Shown here: positions 48,238 to 60,687 of the stretch, piece after piece
How positions within the stretch are numbered: position 1 is the stretch's first letter
How the letters are laid out: the number at the start of each line of letters is the position of its first letter
Assembly (NCBI RefSeq): GCF_052425735.1
Contig: NC_135769.1
Coordinates: forward strand, 14,818,001-14,882,000
Reading direction: 5' to 3'
From: Oculina patagonica
Lineage: Eukaryota
DNA length: 64,000 bases
Position numbers and translations under genes: made by a program
The notes under the pieces: model-generated
What the model was told of the DNA's origin: nothing
Database searches by the model: none
What the model saw: only the letters and a program-made list of their open reading frames with translations

Positions 48238-49568
48238 CTATCAAACAGGAAGAAAAAAAAAATGAGATTCATAAGCTGAGCTGAAACAAGTCTGCACTGT
48301 CCTGGAGACAATCTAGGAATGCACTACAATGGATATACCCAACACGTTTCTGTCGGGTGAAACATTTTGAGGCTATTAAGATGACTCGAAATTTGGATCT
48401 CACTTTTACCCATTCAAACCATGTGAAACTTTTATATGAAGTCACATAAGTGCAAACGTACGGAATTTTATTCACGAGTTATAACGTTTTGCAACGAGTC
48501 AATAAAATCCGTACAAAGCACTTTTTATGCTGTAATTTGTTTATTACCGATATAACGAGAATTCAACCAATTCAACCACCTTTGAAACATTACAATTAAA
48601 CTACGCAGCAGCGCGAGGAAAAACGAGGCTGCAAAATGAACATCGCTTTCCAAGCGAATTTGCTATATATCAAAAAAGAAAAGTACTGGCGACAAACTCC
48701 CCTAGACCAAAAATTTATTTATTAAATAAACTACGTTACATTTTAAAAGCAAAACTCTTCGCACCGCATCGACAAAACGTCGCCACAAGCGAATGAACTA
48801 CTGGCAGCGAATCAACTGGCGAAATTGTAACAAATTGTGATAACACAAGGAGTCAGTTAATTAAACAATAATGACGACGTTATCCCGCGATTTACTTTGC
48901 CAAGGCGTTCCAAGTGCTTGAATCTTGTTGGAAAGTCCGCGGATGCGTTGTAAGTTCCGAAGAAAGTCTTCTCTTCTCTTTCACTTGCTAGTATCGACAC
49001 CGCTTTGTTGTCGTTCCGCTTTTGAAGAATGATTTTTGTCATTTAAGGAGGCTCAAAATAGTTTTCAGTACTTTCCAGCTCTTACACTTTGATGGGTCAG
49101 TGCTACCCACATTTATCAGTTATCACTACAAAAATGGTATCAAACAAATGCCCAATCATTGATAAACAAATTCTGGTTCTTTTCTTGACGTCACTGGTAA
49201 CCATAGCAACGGTGTTAGCTGAACAATCGACCAATAAAGGCAAAAACAAAGGTATCAAAACAAACTCATGGTATGGTCACTGTTGAACGCATCCAAATTT
49301 TAACTTTTAAGCTGACCCCGCACGAGATTTGATATTTCAGGTCGGTTCAAAACAAACTAACACGCGCCTTACGCTTTTTTACGAAGTTTGACATTACCTT
49401 ATCTCGAGAATGCTTTAGACTGATTTCATAGCGGAGTCAACTGGAGAAATGAATTACTGTGAGATGTTTAAAAACAGTATACAAAATGTCACCGTGGCGT
49501 GCTATGAGAAGATTTTTGGTAATTTTATTTTTGCACTTATTGCTCGAACTTTCAGCGGAATCCGTCTT

Positions 49569-49595
49569 AATAGACCATATTCGAATTCTCGGTAC

Positions 49596-49629
<34 letters not shown>

Positions 49630-49744
49630 AGGGGAATATCATTAAAAAGAGCTCCCCGTCATTTGCATTTGAAAAGATTACCCACATCAGCCTCCACTGC
49701 ACGCTAGTTCCAGTCCAATACCGAGAATACGAATATGGTCTATT
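49569..49744. mobile_element. 176-bp hairpin MITE with AATAGACC...GGTCTATT ends
   Basis: TIRs of ~60 bp: AATAGACCATATTCGAATTCTCGGTACTGGACTGGAACTAGC / GCTAGTTCCAGTCCAATACCGAGAATACGAATATGGTCTATT. Confidence 0.85.
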
Positions 49745-49766
49745 GTTAATCACCATTTTTGGATAC

Positions 49767-49902
49767 CTGTAATCTTGTTTTCTCCAAAGCCTGCCCTGAA
49801 GTATGCAGTGCCATTCTCAGCTATTCCCCAGACCCTTCTCTTACATCCAACAGAGATACTGATAAAAGGCAGGTCCGTTAAAATGTGTTCCCACGCAGTA
49901 CC
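49767..49902 (-). CDS. TECPR1: TECPR1 exon (tectonin repeat)
   Basis: GTAWEHILTDLPFISISVGCKRRVWGIAENGTAYFRAGFGENKIT(G), phase 0-1. Confidence 0.9.
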
Positions 49903-51236
49903 CTGACAGGAACACGAAACAACAAGACTGACTTCATATATGCATAATTATTGAAAATATCAGCAAAGAAGTTTTTGAAAATTTCAAGAACCGACGGGAA
50001 TTTCTTTTAGCAATATCCGTTAGTAGCTGGAAGAGATTAAAATTCTAAGTTCTGCATTTGATAAGAGATTGGGAGAGAGTCTACCAAAAGGAAAGGCTGG
50101 AATGTGGTTGAGCTAAAGGAGAACTGCAGGTGCGTTGTAAACCTGTAATCGATTCAAGTCTCCAACCAACCAGCCTCCATCTTAGCACATTGAGACCAGA
50201 CCCATGAAGTGGCTTGGGCGGTATTTCTAGAAGAGGTTGGCTTTGGTCAACATCCACAATAGTACAATTGACAACAACATCGACCAGAAAATGAATTTTT
50301 ATTGAACATTCGCAATTATTTTACCTATTTAGTGTGATTTAAAGTCATACATTTAGAAACAGACAAATCCTTGAGAATTCTCAACGGAAGGCCCCTTAAC
50401 CTTTGAACAAGATTAAACGAAGTAAAATTATCACCAGGATTTAGAATAGGCTTCTCGTAGTCTGGTATCCTCTCGAACTGGTAATGTTTTATAATTCATA
50501 TAACACGAATAACGCACTATATTTACTTATGTCTCCTTCAAGTCTAAGGAATTGAGTAAACATAACACAAATACATGTCACAAATTCAATATGTCTTATT
50601 CAATAGCGTCAAGTACACTTTTCATTTAAATTTGACGTCTTACTAAGAAAGAAGGATTGCATGTCGTACATAATAACTCGTATTTTCCTACTAAGCCCCC
50701 TCCTGTCAAAAACATACACTGTTTGCTTGACCAAGGGGCTGAATTATCTTCAACCAAACAAAGCGGTTGAGTTCCTGTTCACTTTACATTTGAATTTCTA
50801 CTCTCTTTAAGCTTATTGTTTTTGTCACTTACACGTCATGTATATTAAGATCATAAGAATACCCCGTCAATAACAATATAAATTAAGCATTTCAATTTTC
50901 CTGCAGCTGTAAAATGGACATGAGCCAAACTTTTCGCACGTAACCCTTTTCTTAAATATAGAAGCATGCACTTGTCTAAAAGAAACACAAAAAGATGTAT
51001 TCTATGCAGTAGAACAAGATCGTACCATTCAGGAACTAATGCAATTGGCGCCCGCTGCTGTCCGAAAAAAAGTGAATATGCCAGTAACAGTGAAAGAAAA
51101 AAAACAAATAGAGGGAACGCTACATGGGAAATACGTAAATTGAACGAGAAAGACTACAACCAAATACGAAGATTCTTGAAATGAAACAGTTTAATATCAG
51201 TTTAAAACAATAAAACATGACACCGAACTCAGTTTA

Positions 51237-52202
51237 TTACTTGCAGCAGAACCGACTGAAAAGTTCTCTGACAGCTTGTCTAACCTCTCTAATTTTCCAA
51301 CAATACAACATCGGGTTTAGCGCAGAGTTAAAATATAGCAGTGTTATAGTGCAAGCGTGAGCGATAAGGATCGCTTCATTGCCGCCGTAAATCGCCCAAA
51401 GGGCAGCGACAATCATGTAAGGAAAAGAGCACATCAGTAAAACACAGTAAACCCACAGAGCAGTGGACACTGTGTTCTTATATCGCCGAGTACTGGACAC
51501 TGAGCTGCTCACTTCATTGACGCTCCGACTAGGTTGATCCCAAGCGATTTGTCTTTCTTGCCGTTGTTTGTCTCGGTGGCGGAGAATAATGTGAATTGTC
51601 GTATAGCTGAACGATGAAACAGCAATGCTAAGAAACACACCCACTATTTGTAGGATTATGAAAGTTCCTCGACTCCACAGACTTGTTGATCCGGCTGCGA
51701 AAGTTACGAGCCATGTTATAACGACAACCAAGCGCGCGCGCCAAACAGAAACCACTTCTCTGTACCTGAGTTTTAAACGAAGCGCTAGAAACCGATCGAC
51801 ACTGATCTCTGACGTCGTTAAAAGAGAAATGCCAGACATTGCAAACCCAAGCACCTCCAAATACGGTAATGTGCTAGAGCAGAGCGCTGCGTTGCCCGTT
51901 GCAGTGGATATCATGTAGACCAGGTTGAACGGCTGCACGAGAAAACCAACACATACATCACTGGCTGTTAATGAGTAGAACAGTGTTCGCGATGGAGGAT
52001 GAATAGAAGACACTCCGCGAAGAATCCACAATATGACTGCATTTCCAAGCAGTGTGCAAAAAAGCAAAACACCATTGACACCAGATATTAAAACGAAAGA
52101 GGCAACGAAGAATAAGGAACGCTTTGAGATTTCTTCTAAATCAGGACACTGTATCCCGTGAGACGATGGTTTGATGCTCTCAGACGTCGAGTTGATCTCC
52201 AT
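51237..52202 (-). CDS. Rhodopsin-like (class A) GPCR, melanocortin/adenosine-receptor-like cnidarian type; intronless, nested in a TECPR1 intron
   Basis: 321 aa with 7 hydrophobic helices. Motifs are GN in TM1, SLTASD in TM2, SVDRF, W in TM4, CSFPY, NSALNPMLY and helix 8 REVRQAV. Confidence 0.93.
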   Translation of the reverse strand: MEINSTSESIKPSSHGIQCPDLEEISKRSLFFVASFVLISGVNGVLLFCTLLGNAVILWILRGVSSIHPPSRTLFYSLTASDVCVGFLVQPFNLVYMISTATGNAALCSSTLPYLEVLGFAMSGISLLTTSEISVDRFLALRLKLRYREVVSVWRARLVVVITWLVTFAAGSTSLWSRGTFIILQIVGVFLSIAVSSFSYTTIHIILRHRDKQRQERQIAWDQPSRSVNEVSSSVSSTRRYKNTVSTALWVYCVLLMCSFPYMIVAALWAIYGGNEAILIAHACTITLLYFNSALNPMLYCWKIREVRQAVRELFSRFCCK

Positions 52203-52831
52203 TGCTTGTCAAACCTCAGAGTACAATACCACCACCAACTTGTAACTTCACATTAAGAGCGATTTTTCTCCGCCAGCGTCTACAATCCACCGGTTTTCGC
52301 AAAGTTTCTTCAAATCAACAAAACACAGACTGTATTATTGTGTTGAAGAGTGACAGCTGTTCGTTTCAGTGGCAGTGCAAATATCGTCGCTTTTATCCTT
52401 TTTAATGTGTTGCTTCTAAGGTAACGATCGAAATTTGGCTCAATCATTTAACACTACCTGTACAGCGATACCGGTATGTAAATTCGTTCCGATTTTACAA
52501 ACATCTTAATAATTCAAAACAAGTTGTTTGGCGCACCCAAAACAACTTGAATCATGAAAGGAAAAAATCCCTTCTATCATCTTCGACTTTTCAAACAAAA
52601 GGACTGCATAGCGTTAACAAGACATTAAAAAAGTATTTTTCTTTTTCCCTTTTTTGTCACCAGCATTTTCACCTGCGACATGAAACAACGCCGGAAAAAA
52701 AAGAGAAATCGACTTTCGCAGCTTTCTGTGTTTCTGAACTTGAAAGAGCTGAAAAAAGTCGAAAAGTTAAAAAACTGGCGGAAGCAATTATAAAATATTT
52801 ACCGCAACACGTTTGTTATTCTATTTCATGC

Positions 52832-53105
52832 ACTGGGAAGCTTCCGAAAACCGCAGTGGTAACGGCAACGAGAGAGTGCGAGACAAAAGGTTTAATGAGC
52901 AGTACAATGGCTCAACATGAGCCATGTTTATCTTGGCATACCTATTTTCCATCATCTGCAAAACAACAAAACGTCCAAAATTGCCGTATTTTGGAGAACC
53001 AATTGACAGGGCAGATATTTTACGTTTCTTTTCAAAACCTGACGTTGTGACCTGTAAAGTCGGCGATAGTGGGATTACTTTTTACAAACTGTGAGCTAAA
53101 TTGAC
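52832..53105. repeat. Degenerate interspersed repeat (ACGGCAACGAG...ACAAAAGGTTTAATGAGCAG...TCTGCAAAACAACA type)
   Basis: Resembles an abundant anthozoan non-autonomous repeat, recalled from memory. Boundaries are uncertain and no TSD was seen. Confidence 0.4.
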
Positions 53106-54462
53106 TAAAGCCAATAGTCCTTTTGCGTTACAATATAATCCAACGCTTGGGGCAATTTTGTACTTCCTGTCCGTAACTGCCCGCATCCATTTTAAAGTTT
53201 ATTGCTATACTAGATAAATGTGAAAAAGGTTTTTTCTATGCAACGACATGCAACGATTCAAAAGGTGTGTGTCTTCAAAAATAGACTGCATGAAGATCTA
53301 AAGAGTGAAATTCTTCTCTTGTTTTATCACTGAACCTCTTCTTCAGTCCATTATCTTGCAGTCCCAACACAGGGTGGAAAAATAAATTACACTGGCAATA
53401 TGTAATGATTTGCACTTTCAATATACTGGAGTTTCTATTGAGCGCTTAATGTATGAATGTTCAACGACGTCACACAGTATCACAGTACTCGAGACAGTCA
53501 AATATGAAATACCTAAAAACATTTTTCCCGTATCAGAAAAGTGTAGTTGGCTCATTGCCGAAAGTTTCAAATTAAAAACACAATTATCATGAATATCTCG
53601 CTTTTCCTAATTACCGTTGGTAATTTTAATTTTTCTTAAAGCTCATGAGAAGTAGCCGTGGAACCAGAATCCTCAGTGAATCCAGGGATTGATGACAGGA
53701 GAGTTTGTCAGGTTCCATAGCACATGTAATGGTTGGGGATTACATTGTAACGAGCTGTTACATTACATATTCAGTAATGACAAAATCGTGAATACTCTAG
53801 AAAGCAATCTTAATTATGCGATAAAGTGGAATCCTTTCTCAAAAAACACCTGCTTTGTCATTCGCAGTGCGAACAATAAATAAATACAAGTAAGTTTCCT
53901 GATAATTTTTTGAAAAAACATAGATACTTTCAGTTTAATACTAAAAAAACACAGCAATACCGCTCTGTTACGCGTGTTTACAAAGAATTTACAATTTTTT
54001 TTAAAACCACTTGATCACGTGCCTACATAATTTACTGCAAGCAACCAGCTGTTAATAGAAAACGTATAGTGCGTTGCAAATAAAAATGATATTTTATGCG
54101 ATATCACAAGAACTTCTTCAGAATTACTAAGGAGCAAGAAAAGAAAAATCTGAGACACCGTTTTTACACCAATAAATGTAGATCAAATTTCACATAAAAG
54201 TTTAGGCTCTCACGTAAATGTGTTCTGAAATATACCGAATGTTGCGCAGCATCATAATTGCAAACAAAATGCTGACGTTGCTTATTATGGTCTATATGAT
54301 CAAAACAAAATCCAAAATAATTAACAATTATTCGCCGAAGGCGAAATGAATCTCGGAGGGAGGAGTCTCAAGAGGATAGTACTCAGGCTCCAGCAGGGCG
54401 CAATTTCCATTGGTGACTTGTTCTCAATAGCATCCAAATGGAGCTGCGATCGAATGTCATCT

Positions 54463-54531
54463 TAGCCTCCCACGCAGTCGTTCTTAGGGGCGATCGTGTT
54501 TCGCCCCTAAGAACGACTGTGTGGGAGGCTA
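54463..54531. mobile_element. 69-bp hairpin mini-MITE with 9-bp TSD
   Basis: TIRs TAGCCTCCCACGCAGTCGTTCTTAGGGGCGA / TCGCCCCTAAGAACGACTGTGTGGGAGGCTA (1 mismatch). ATGTCATCT is duplicated at 54454-54462 and 54532-54540. Confidence 0.9.
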
Positions 54532-54544
54532 ATGTCATCTCCGC

Positions 54545-54864
54545 CCGTAGCAAGAGTCATCCCGGCGATATTTTTTACTTCACTCCACTACCGACTCGGT
54601 TTGGTGGTCTTTAGATTGTCCACCTTTGAGTGAAAGTATCTTTTCCGACATAACTTCCTTTCGCGATTGACATCGTTACGCAAGCGGCGAAAGTATTCAG
54701 TGTCTCCTCGAGCAAAAGCTTTGCTGCGGGCTTTAATGAGTTCCTTGAATTCAGCTGTTATCCAGGGCGCGTCATTCACATGAAGCTTGACAGATCTTAA
54801 CGGCATAATAATATCCATGCCGGTCCTCAAAAAGTCAAGAAATACGCGAAGCTTGTAAACTGAC
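54545..54864 (-). mobile_element. LINE ORF2 fragment (region between endonuclease and RT, CR1/L2 group)
   Basis: GMDIIMPLRSVKLHVNDAPWITAEFKELIKARSKAFARGDTEYFRRLRNDVNRERKLCRKRYFHSKV contains the characteristic PWIT...R..A....++.LRN.V motif. It ends in a stop where WW is expected. Confidence 0.8.
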
Positions 54865-55786
54865 TGAATCAAAGGCTCTTCGAGCAACCTCATGGTAATT
54901 CGGTGAAGGGCCGACCTTCGCATTTTTTCCAAATAAGCGTCCAATAATGTAACGCAATCTCAATTCATTGGCCTTTGAATGTTTTATTTTTCCATGGGTT
55001 TCGTAGCGCGAATTCTATTTTTTCACCACCAAAATATTTAAGTATAACCTTTGCAAGTGTTTTGTGAATAAGTTTACTTTTCTGTCAGCACGCATTTAGC
55101 GTTATTTTGAGCAGCGGATCGTGACGCGAAACAAAAACGTGCTGTGTGGATGTCAACATGTCACATGGCAAGCGTAACTGCATGTAGCTTATAGCTGCTA
55201 TCAGTAATGTCACAATCTCACTTCATTTGCCTTCGAATGTTTTCTTACGTGAATGGGTCATTGATAGCTTATTGCTCTGAGCGAATTCTATTCTCATTTA
55301 TCACCATAATTGATCCTCTTTTGATTTGTTTTGTGAATAACAATCTTTATTCAATAAGCTTTCAGAAAATATATACTTTATTGGGGTTACCATTGATGGT
55401 TTGCACACAATTTTACTTGGAATGCAAACGCCAATTTTCCTTCCGTGATACCTTAAATACTTCTCAAAAAAATAGACTATGGAAACCCGTAAAATTTCTT
55501 TTCTGAGATTTGTAAAATGTTAATATAAGGGACTTAGACTAACGATAAAACGAAAATTCGTGTTTTTGTTGAGCCTTTCAACAAGACTGGATATTTTATC
55601 TTTATCTGTTACGCAACTTTACCTCCGACTGCAGTCGGAGATTTAAGCGCCCGCAAACCAATCAGAAACGAGAGTTACCGCGTTAGCTTGTCGCCATCAG
55701 TATACGCCATGTTATCTAGCAAAGTCTCAACTAAATACAGCTGGCTCGGTAAACTCAACCTTGCACGAGTAGCAGCTTTTATTTAC

Positions 55787-55955
55787 CTGTGGACAATCCC
55801 CTGTGACTCCGTGTCGGTATAACACATCACCTTTCGTCCCCACAGTCCACACTGCTATCAAGCCATCTGCCAGGTCGATTTGGATCGATACGTCACGTAG
55901 TCTCACTTGAGGTGTCACTTGAATCCATGGACCAGTTGTTGTCAGTTTACATCGT
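55787..55955 (-). CDS. TECPR1: TECPR1 exon (end of DysF, tectonin repeat)
   Basis: (R)RCKLTTTGPWIQVTPQVRLRDVSIQIDLADGLIAVWTVGTKGDVLYRHGVTGDCPQ, phase 2-0. Confidence 0.9.
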
Positions 55956-56204
55956 CTAAGAAAGGAAAAAAATAGGCCCTGTCAGTGTTTAAATACAAAA
56001 AATATATACCAATGTCTATCAGGTGATGACAGGAGAAAGGAACAGAACTTTCTTCCCAATTGAAACTTAACTTCCCCTAGGTATACAGATTGTGGAAGGA
56101 TATTCGGAAACATATATTGTGCCATTTACGTGTGGTGTGATTTGCCTATTTAGGGGTTTGTTTTAATAATTGCTACTGGGCTATCTACACAAATCAAACC
56201 AAAC

Positions 56205-56261
56205 CTTTTCCAACGCCTTCGCCTCACATAGTCATTCCAGCCTCGCTCACGGTGATAACTC
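56205..56261 (-). CDS. TECPR1: TECPR1 57-bp exon (DysF C-part)
   Basis: (R)SYHRERGWNDYVRRRRWK(R), containing the DysF VRRRRW motif. Phase 2-2. Confidence 0.88.
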
Positions 56262-56775
56262 CTAAAAAACGAACTTGATGTTAAACAAAGCAGCTGAACT
56301 ACGACAAACCCCCCCCCCCCCCCGGTTCATCGCTACAAACGTTGGACTCGAAGTTGTTATCAATTTTTACATTTACTCATAAATTGTTTTTCCTTTCTAA
56401 ACATCCACTTCTTTCAGTCCGCTTCAAAATTAGGCCTAAAGCTGCAGTACATCACAGTGACATTAGACAGCAACAGAAAGGCTAGTATGAAATGTGGAGG
56501 TTGGCTTAGCTTCAGTAAAGTTCTCTTAGGTTATCCACTAATTTCTGAACAGCAACGCAAATACAGTCATGGTGAATAAATTACAGTACAACCCATCAAA
56601 GTTACCACCGGCAAGAAGTTTGAAGAATTTTGACAGTTTCTGATCCCGCCGCACCCGTTACAGTATTTATCGGCATGCAGCTACTTTGACGTCTTATTCA
56701 ATTTGACTGGCCATGTAATGGGAAACCCATCAAAAACCTACTAAACACCAATCAAAAACTGCATGGATTGACAAC

Positions 56776-56952
56776 CTTGGGAAATCCACAGCATACTGCC
56801 AGCCGTCCTTGTCAGTTATGTTAGGCTTGGTCTCCACTGTCCACTGCTCATCTGCCCATTGCCACTGACTCGATGGAAGTGCGTATCCCTCTCTTGTTCG
56901 TTCATACACGCCGCTCTCATCGCTCCAGTTCCATCGGTCACTTGGAAGGCGT
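56776..56952 (-). CDS. TECPR1: TECPR1 exon (DysF domain)
   Basis: (R)RLPSDRWNWSDESG...LPSSQWQWADEQWTVETKPNITDKDGWQYAVDFP(R), phase 2-2. Confidence 0.92.
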
Positions 56953-57562
56953 CTGCGAACAAGAAATAAACCAAGGCGAACTTATACGTAATAAGGTCTT
57001 CCAGAGCTCGTTTCTTCAAGGTCCGGGAACGTTTTTGCATCCGGAAAGCCATAGCAAAATCTCAAACCTTATGATTACACAGAGCTGACTATCTTTACCT
57101 ATTTTTCATATGAACAGAGCTTCCATTTATGCAAAGTTTCAGGCCTATACACTTCTCTGTGCGAAGTGAAGTAACTTACAAGCTCAAGCTTTCTCGATGG
57201 AATGAGTTCAGAGTATCAGTGGAGAATAAGACAGAATATTTTTGAGACCGAAGAACGGTTAGGCCATGCTTTTTGACTACACCATTCTTTGACATACAAA
57301 CTGGCCTCAAAATCGCATTTAAATCTCTAAAATAACGGTTTAAAAGGTGGCAATAGAAATGAAACACTTGGAAGCCAAAAAGGATCACCGATATTCACCT
57401 AAATTACATCAAAATGGATTGTGAAAGAAGAACTTTATTTTTAACGGGCTGAGATTTCTATCCTAGACATTTTCGCGCTTTGAGTAAAACCGTTTCGGTT
57501 GCACAAATTGTAAAAAACTTCTGCTCTAAGCGTTTTGATATTTTAATCTAACACACACTCAC

Positions 57563-58239
57563 CTATCGGAGTATCCTTCTAACGGGTTCCATCGTTGATT
57601 CTCATATATATAATGCCAATCATAATCCTCCTGCTGATGAATCCCAGACACGCTGCTGTCAAAGCCGGTAAATATACCCCCACCGTACCCTCCAGAGTAA
57701 TAATATGGCATCCCATCAAAACCGATCGCCCACACCACTCCAGCCACTCCGCCTTCCACTTTGCGCATGTGCCCACCAATTTGGCGCCAAAATAGTTGAG
57801 CTGGCTGTATCTCACTTTCAGGTAGAAGCGGCTCGCAAAAGAAAACGTCGCCACAGAGAGATGTCGCCCAGATGGCATTTGGTGAAGCGGGCCCCTCACA
57901 CTTATGCAGCCGTGAAGTAGCCCTTGACAGTGATGTGAGCCAGTCATTAAGGTCCTTTTCACTGCTTGTGTGGATCACCAGAGGGTTACGTTCCTGAGTC
58001 CGGACAGGAGTGTGAATGGCAAAGCAATGATTCCGCGACATTTTGTGAATTACGCAAACGCATGTTATGTCCCGCAAAGCGATTCGCATTTCCTCATAAA
58101 CAGAGTTTTTTTCGTAGTAACAAAGTAATGCTCCTTCTCGTCCCTCGGCTCCTTGGTCGAGTTTTACCACACATTCGTACCAGAGGTTAGAATTCGCATC
58201 AAACAACATCTGGAAGCGAGACTTTTTACACCACTCGCC
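57563..58239 (-). CDS. TECPR1: TECPR1 exon (PH domain, tectonin repeats, start of DysF)
   Basis: GEWCKKSRFQM...FAIHTPVRT...SEKDLNDWL...FWRQIGGHMRKVEGGVAGVVWAIGFDG...YENQRWNPLEGYSD(R), phase 0-2. Confidence 0.95.
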
Positions 58240-58489
58240 CTATAAAGTACGAAGGAAAGGATACTGACATGTTCTGATATAAGTGTTTTTTGAGGCAAAT
58301 AGGGATAGATGAGACACGTTTTGGGCACAAAATCACTCATTGGCAAGAGTGAAAACCGCGATCAGAGTTTCTAGTGCCCTTTTATTTCGGGCGAAAGATT
58401 AAGAGTTTTCCCTTGTTTAACTATATTTCTCCGTATATATAATACGTTATCTCAAATATATCGGGCCCTCTATCATTTCTTTTTCATGA

Positions 58490-58637
58490 ACAAACGGACT
58501 CGATTAGAAAACGGACAGTTCACTTGGTCCGAAAGAGAACAAAATTCATATAAACGTTTCCTCTGTAATACGAACACCTCCATAAAACGGAAAATCTTCC
58601 ATGTCCCTATGATGTCCGTATTAACGAGGTTCGACTG
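58490..58637. mobile_element. pogo/Tigger-type MITE fragment (right end)
   Basis: Ends TGTCCGTATTAACGAGGTTCGACTG|TA, similar to the end of the element at 36160-36186. Confidence 0.6.
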
Positions 58638-59120
58638 TACCACTGTAGTACATTAGAGTAGAGAAATGAACTGTGTCTTGAGTATACTTGACAAGACACA
58701 GACGAGTCAGCTGAGTTGTCACTTGCTATCGCTGACTGTTGTTTTACCTTAACGCTGGCTCACCTTGGCCTAAGACACCACATCACCCAGAATGAAGCGG
58801 CATATCCGGGATTTTCAATTAGACGCTGGCGCTAACAATCTGGGCAAGTTGCGCAACTTTTTCCCAAAGCAAGTTTAAAAAGAAATTGTCTGGCAGTTAA
58901 ACGCTGGTTAGGGTTTCCTTGTAGCAGGCATCGCCCGAAGCAGAATGAAGTTGTTACACTAAACAGTGTTTCGAGCAACTGGGTCCCAACTACTACAGTT
59001 CAACAAAATTGCAAGACAAGTTAACGAATCATTGCTAAATGCGACAATGCATAATGCCCGTTACTTTATACTGAAAACACACACAGAGCTGTACAGCAGC
59101 AGTTCCCTGTTTTAACACAC

Positions 59121-59401
59121 CTGTGAAATAGCTTCCTCGTATTGGTCATAGCGGCCTGTTTCTGTTTCATCTCTCGTGCGCAGTCTCTGTATCAAGTTCT
59201 TCCTCCACACAGCGTCCCTACTGCTTAGACTTATGAGATTCATGCTGCTCGCTGAGGAGAAAAGGCTACCAATGATTTCTGTAAACATCGAAGAGTCCGC
59301 TTCACAAGCACCGCTACTTAGCCAGGTCAAGAATTCAATGTTGGATGGAAGATTGGAGGTGCTTTGAAGACTGTAGTTATCGTCAGACTCTGTAAATACA
59401 C
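59121..59401 (-). CDS. TECPR1: TECPR1 exon (ATG5-interacting region, AIR)
   Basis: ...WLSSGAC...AVWRKNLIQRLRTRDETETGRYDQYEEAISQ, comparable to human AAWRKQIFQQLTERTKRELENFRHYEQAVEQ. Phase 1-0. Confidence 0.88.
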
Positions 59402-59505
59402 CTAACAAATACGAGAGAAAAAAAGGAGAGAGAAGAGCATCAGAGTAAATACGTATGGAGCCACAGAGCAGCTTTTCCAATAGTAAAACAAATAACAAAG
59501 CTTAC

Positions 59506-59692
59506 TTTCATTAGCCGTCTCACTGTAGCTGCTGCTGCCTTCAGAGCTGACTGTATCCATGCTGGTGGCTTCACTGCATGATATCACTGGTCTGCTCATA
59601 TGTACAACCTTCCATGTTCTTCCTACAAGCTCATTTGGTGTCACATCTGTACGAAAATAGATGTGATCTCCCAGAGTACTGAGGGCAAACAC
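59506..59692 (-). CDS. TECPR1: TECPR1 exon (tectonin repeat and linker)
   Basis: VFALSTLGDHIYFRTDVTPNELVGRTWKVV...ETANE(S), phase 0-1. Confidence 0.88.
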
Positions 59693-60199
59693 CTGACAAA
59701 GAAACAAATCTTGAGCATTCATCACTCCCCTCACTAAAATATTACATGTAAAAAAACCATTAACTGAAAATATCCTTTATTATTTTGTGTGTGCCTGTGA
59801 CAGCAGCTGCACAAATTGCAGGTGAGCCGCTTGTTTTCCTGACTGCCACTAATTTTGCTATTGTGCACAGAGAACTGTCAAGGTAGAGCACTTATAAAGA
59901 GTACACAAGTTAAACCTGTCAATTTACTTTAAAAATTACAATTAGCCAATGGCCATCCTAGTCTTTTCACAAAAATTATTAAATTTTAATAAAAAATTAT
60001 TTAATACCACTAGCTATAAGCGGATCGAAAGATGCTACACGCGACAAGAACGAATTGATCAGCGCGATCAAGGTTCAATGCGACTACGTAATACGAGATT
60101 GCAGTCTGTCAAAGTAGTAGATCACATAACCCCAATATAACTAGTTTAATACTACTAAAAAGAAGCTATCACACTGCATATTTTCATGCACGCACTTAC

Positions 60200-60322
60200 T
60201 TGATCATTCAATCCCACTGCAATTAGAGAAAATTTTCCAACCATTTCCACCCATCGTGATCCAGTCACAACATTTTCTTCACCATTTAGTTTTGCTCTTG
60301 ACAAGCCTTTTCTAAACCAAAC
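60200..60322 (-). CDS. TECPR1: TECPR1 exon (tectonin repeat)
   Basis: VWFRKGLSRAKLNGEENVVTGSRWVEMVGKFSLIAVGLNDQ, phase 0-0. Confidence 0.9.
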
Positions 60323-60687
60323 CTGTGAAGAAGAAACTATGCATAAAATACCAACTACAAATGTGAACTGTAGTAGTAAGTGCATTACTTGCACTGGGTT
60401 ATGGAGTCATTTTGAGTCCCACACGGCAATTGGGCCCACGACCTTCTGCACACTGCTCCGACCAGTGTGCTTAAGGGCATGGGTTTGACTCCCATTGTAG
60501 ACTTATAATTCTTTTTACCCTATATGACTGAGCACTTCACTATAAATTTTGATAAACTTAATTTTGATTTTAAAACAAAAAAACATACCAAGAATACCAA
60601 TTAGGTGCCCAGGGCAAGGAAAACTTGAGAGTTGGTTGCCCAAAGGACAAGCTGTATTTGAAGTTGGTTTTATGACTGTTAGCTTAC

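Noticed and set aside
54588-54944. 118-aa ORF as a gene
   Set aside because: It is a chimera of an unclassified repeat head and a LINE ORF2 fragment.
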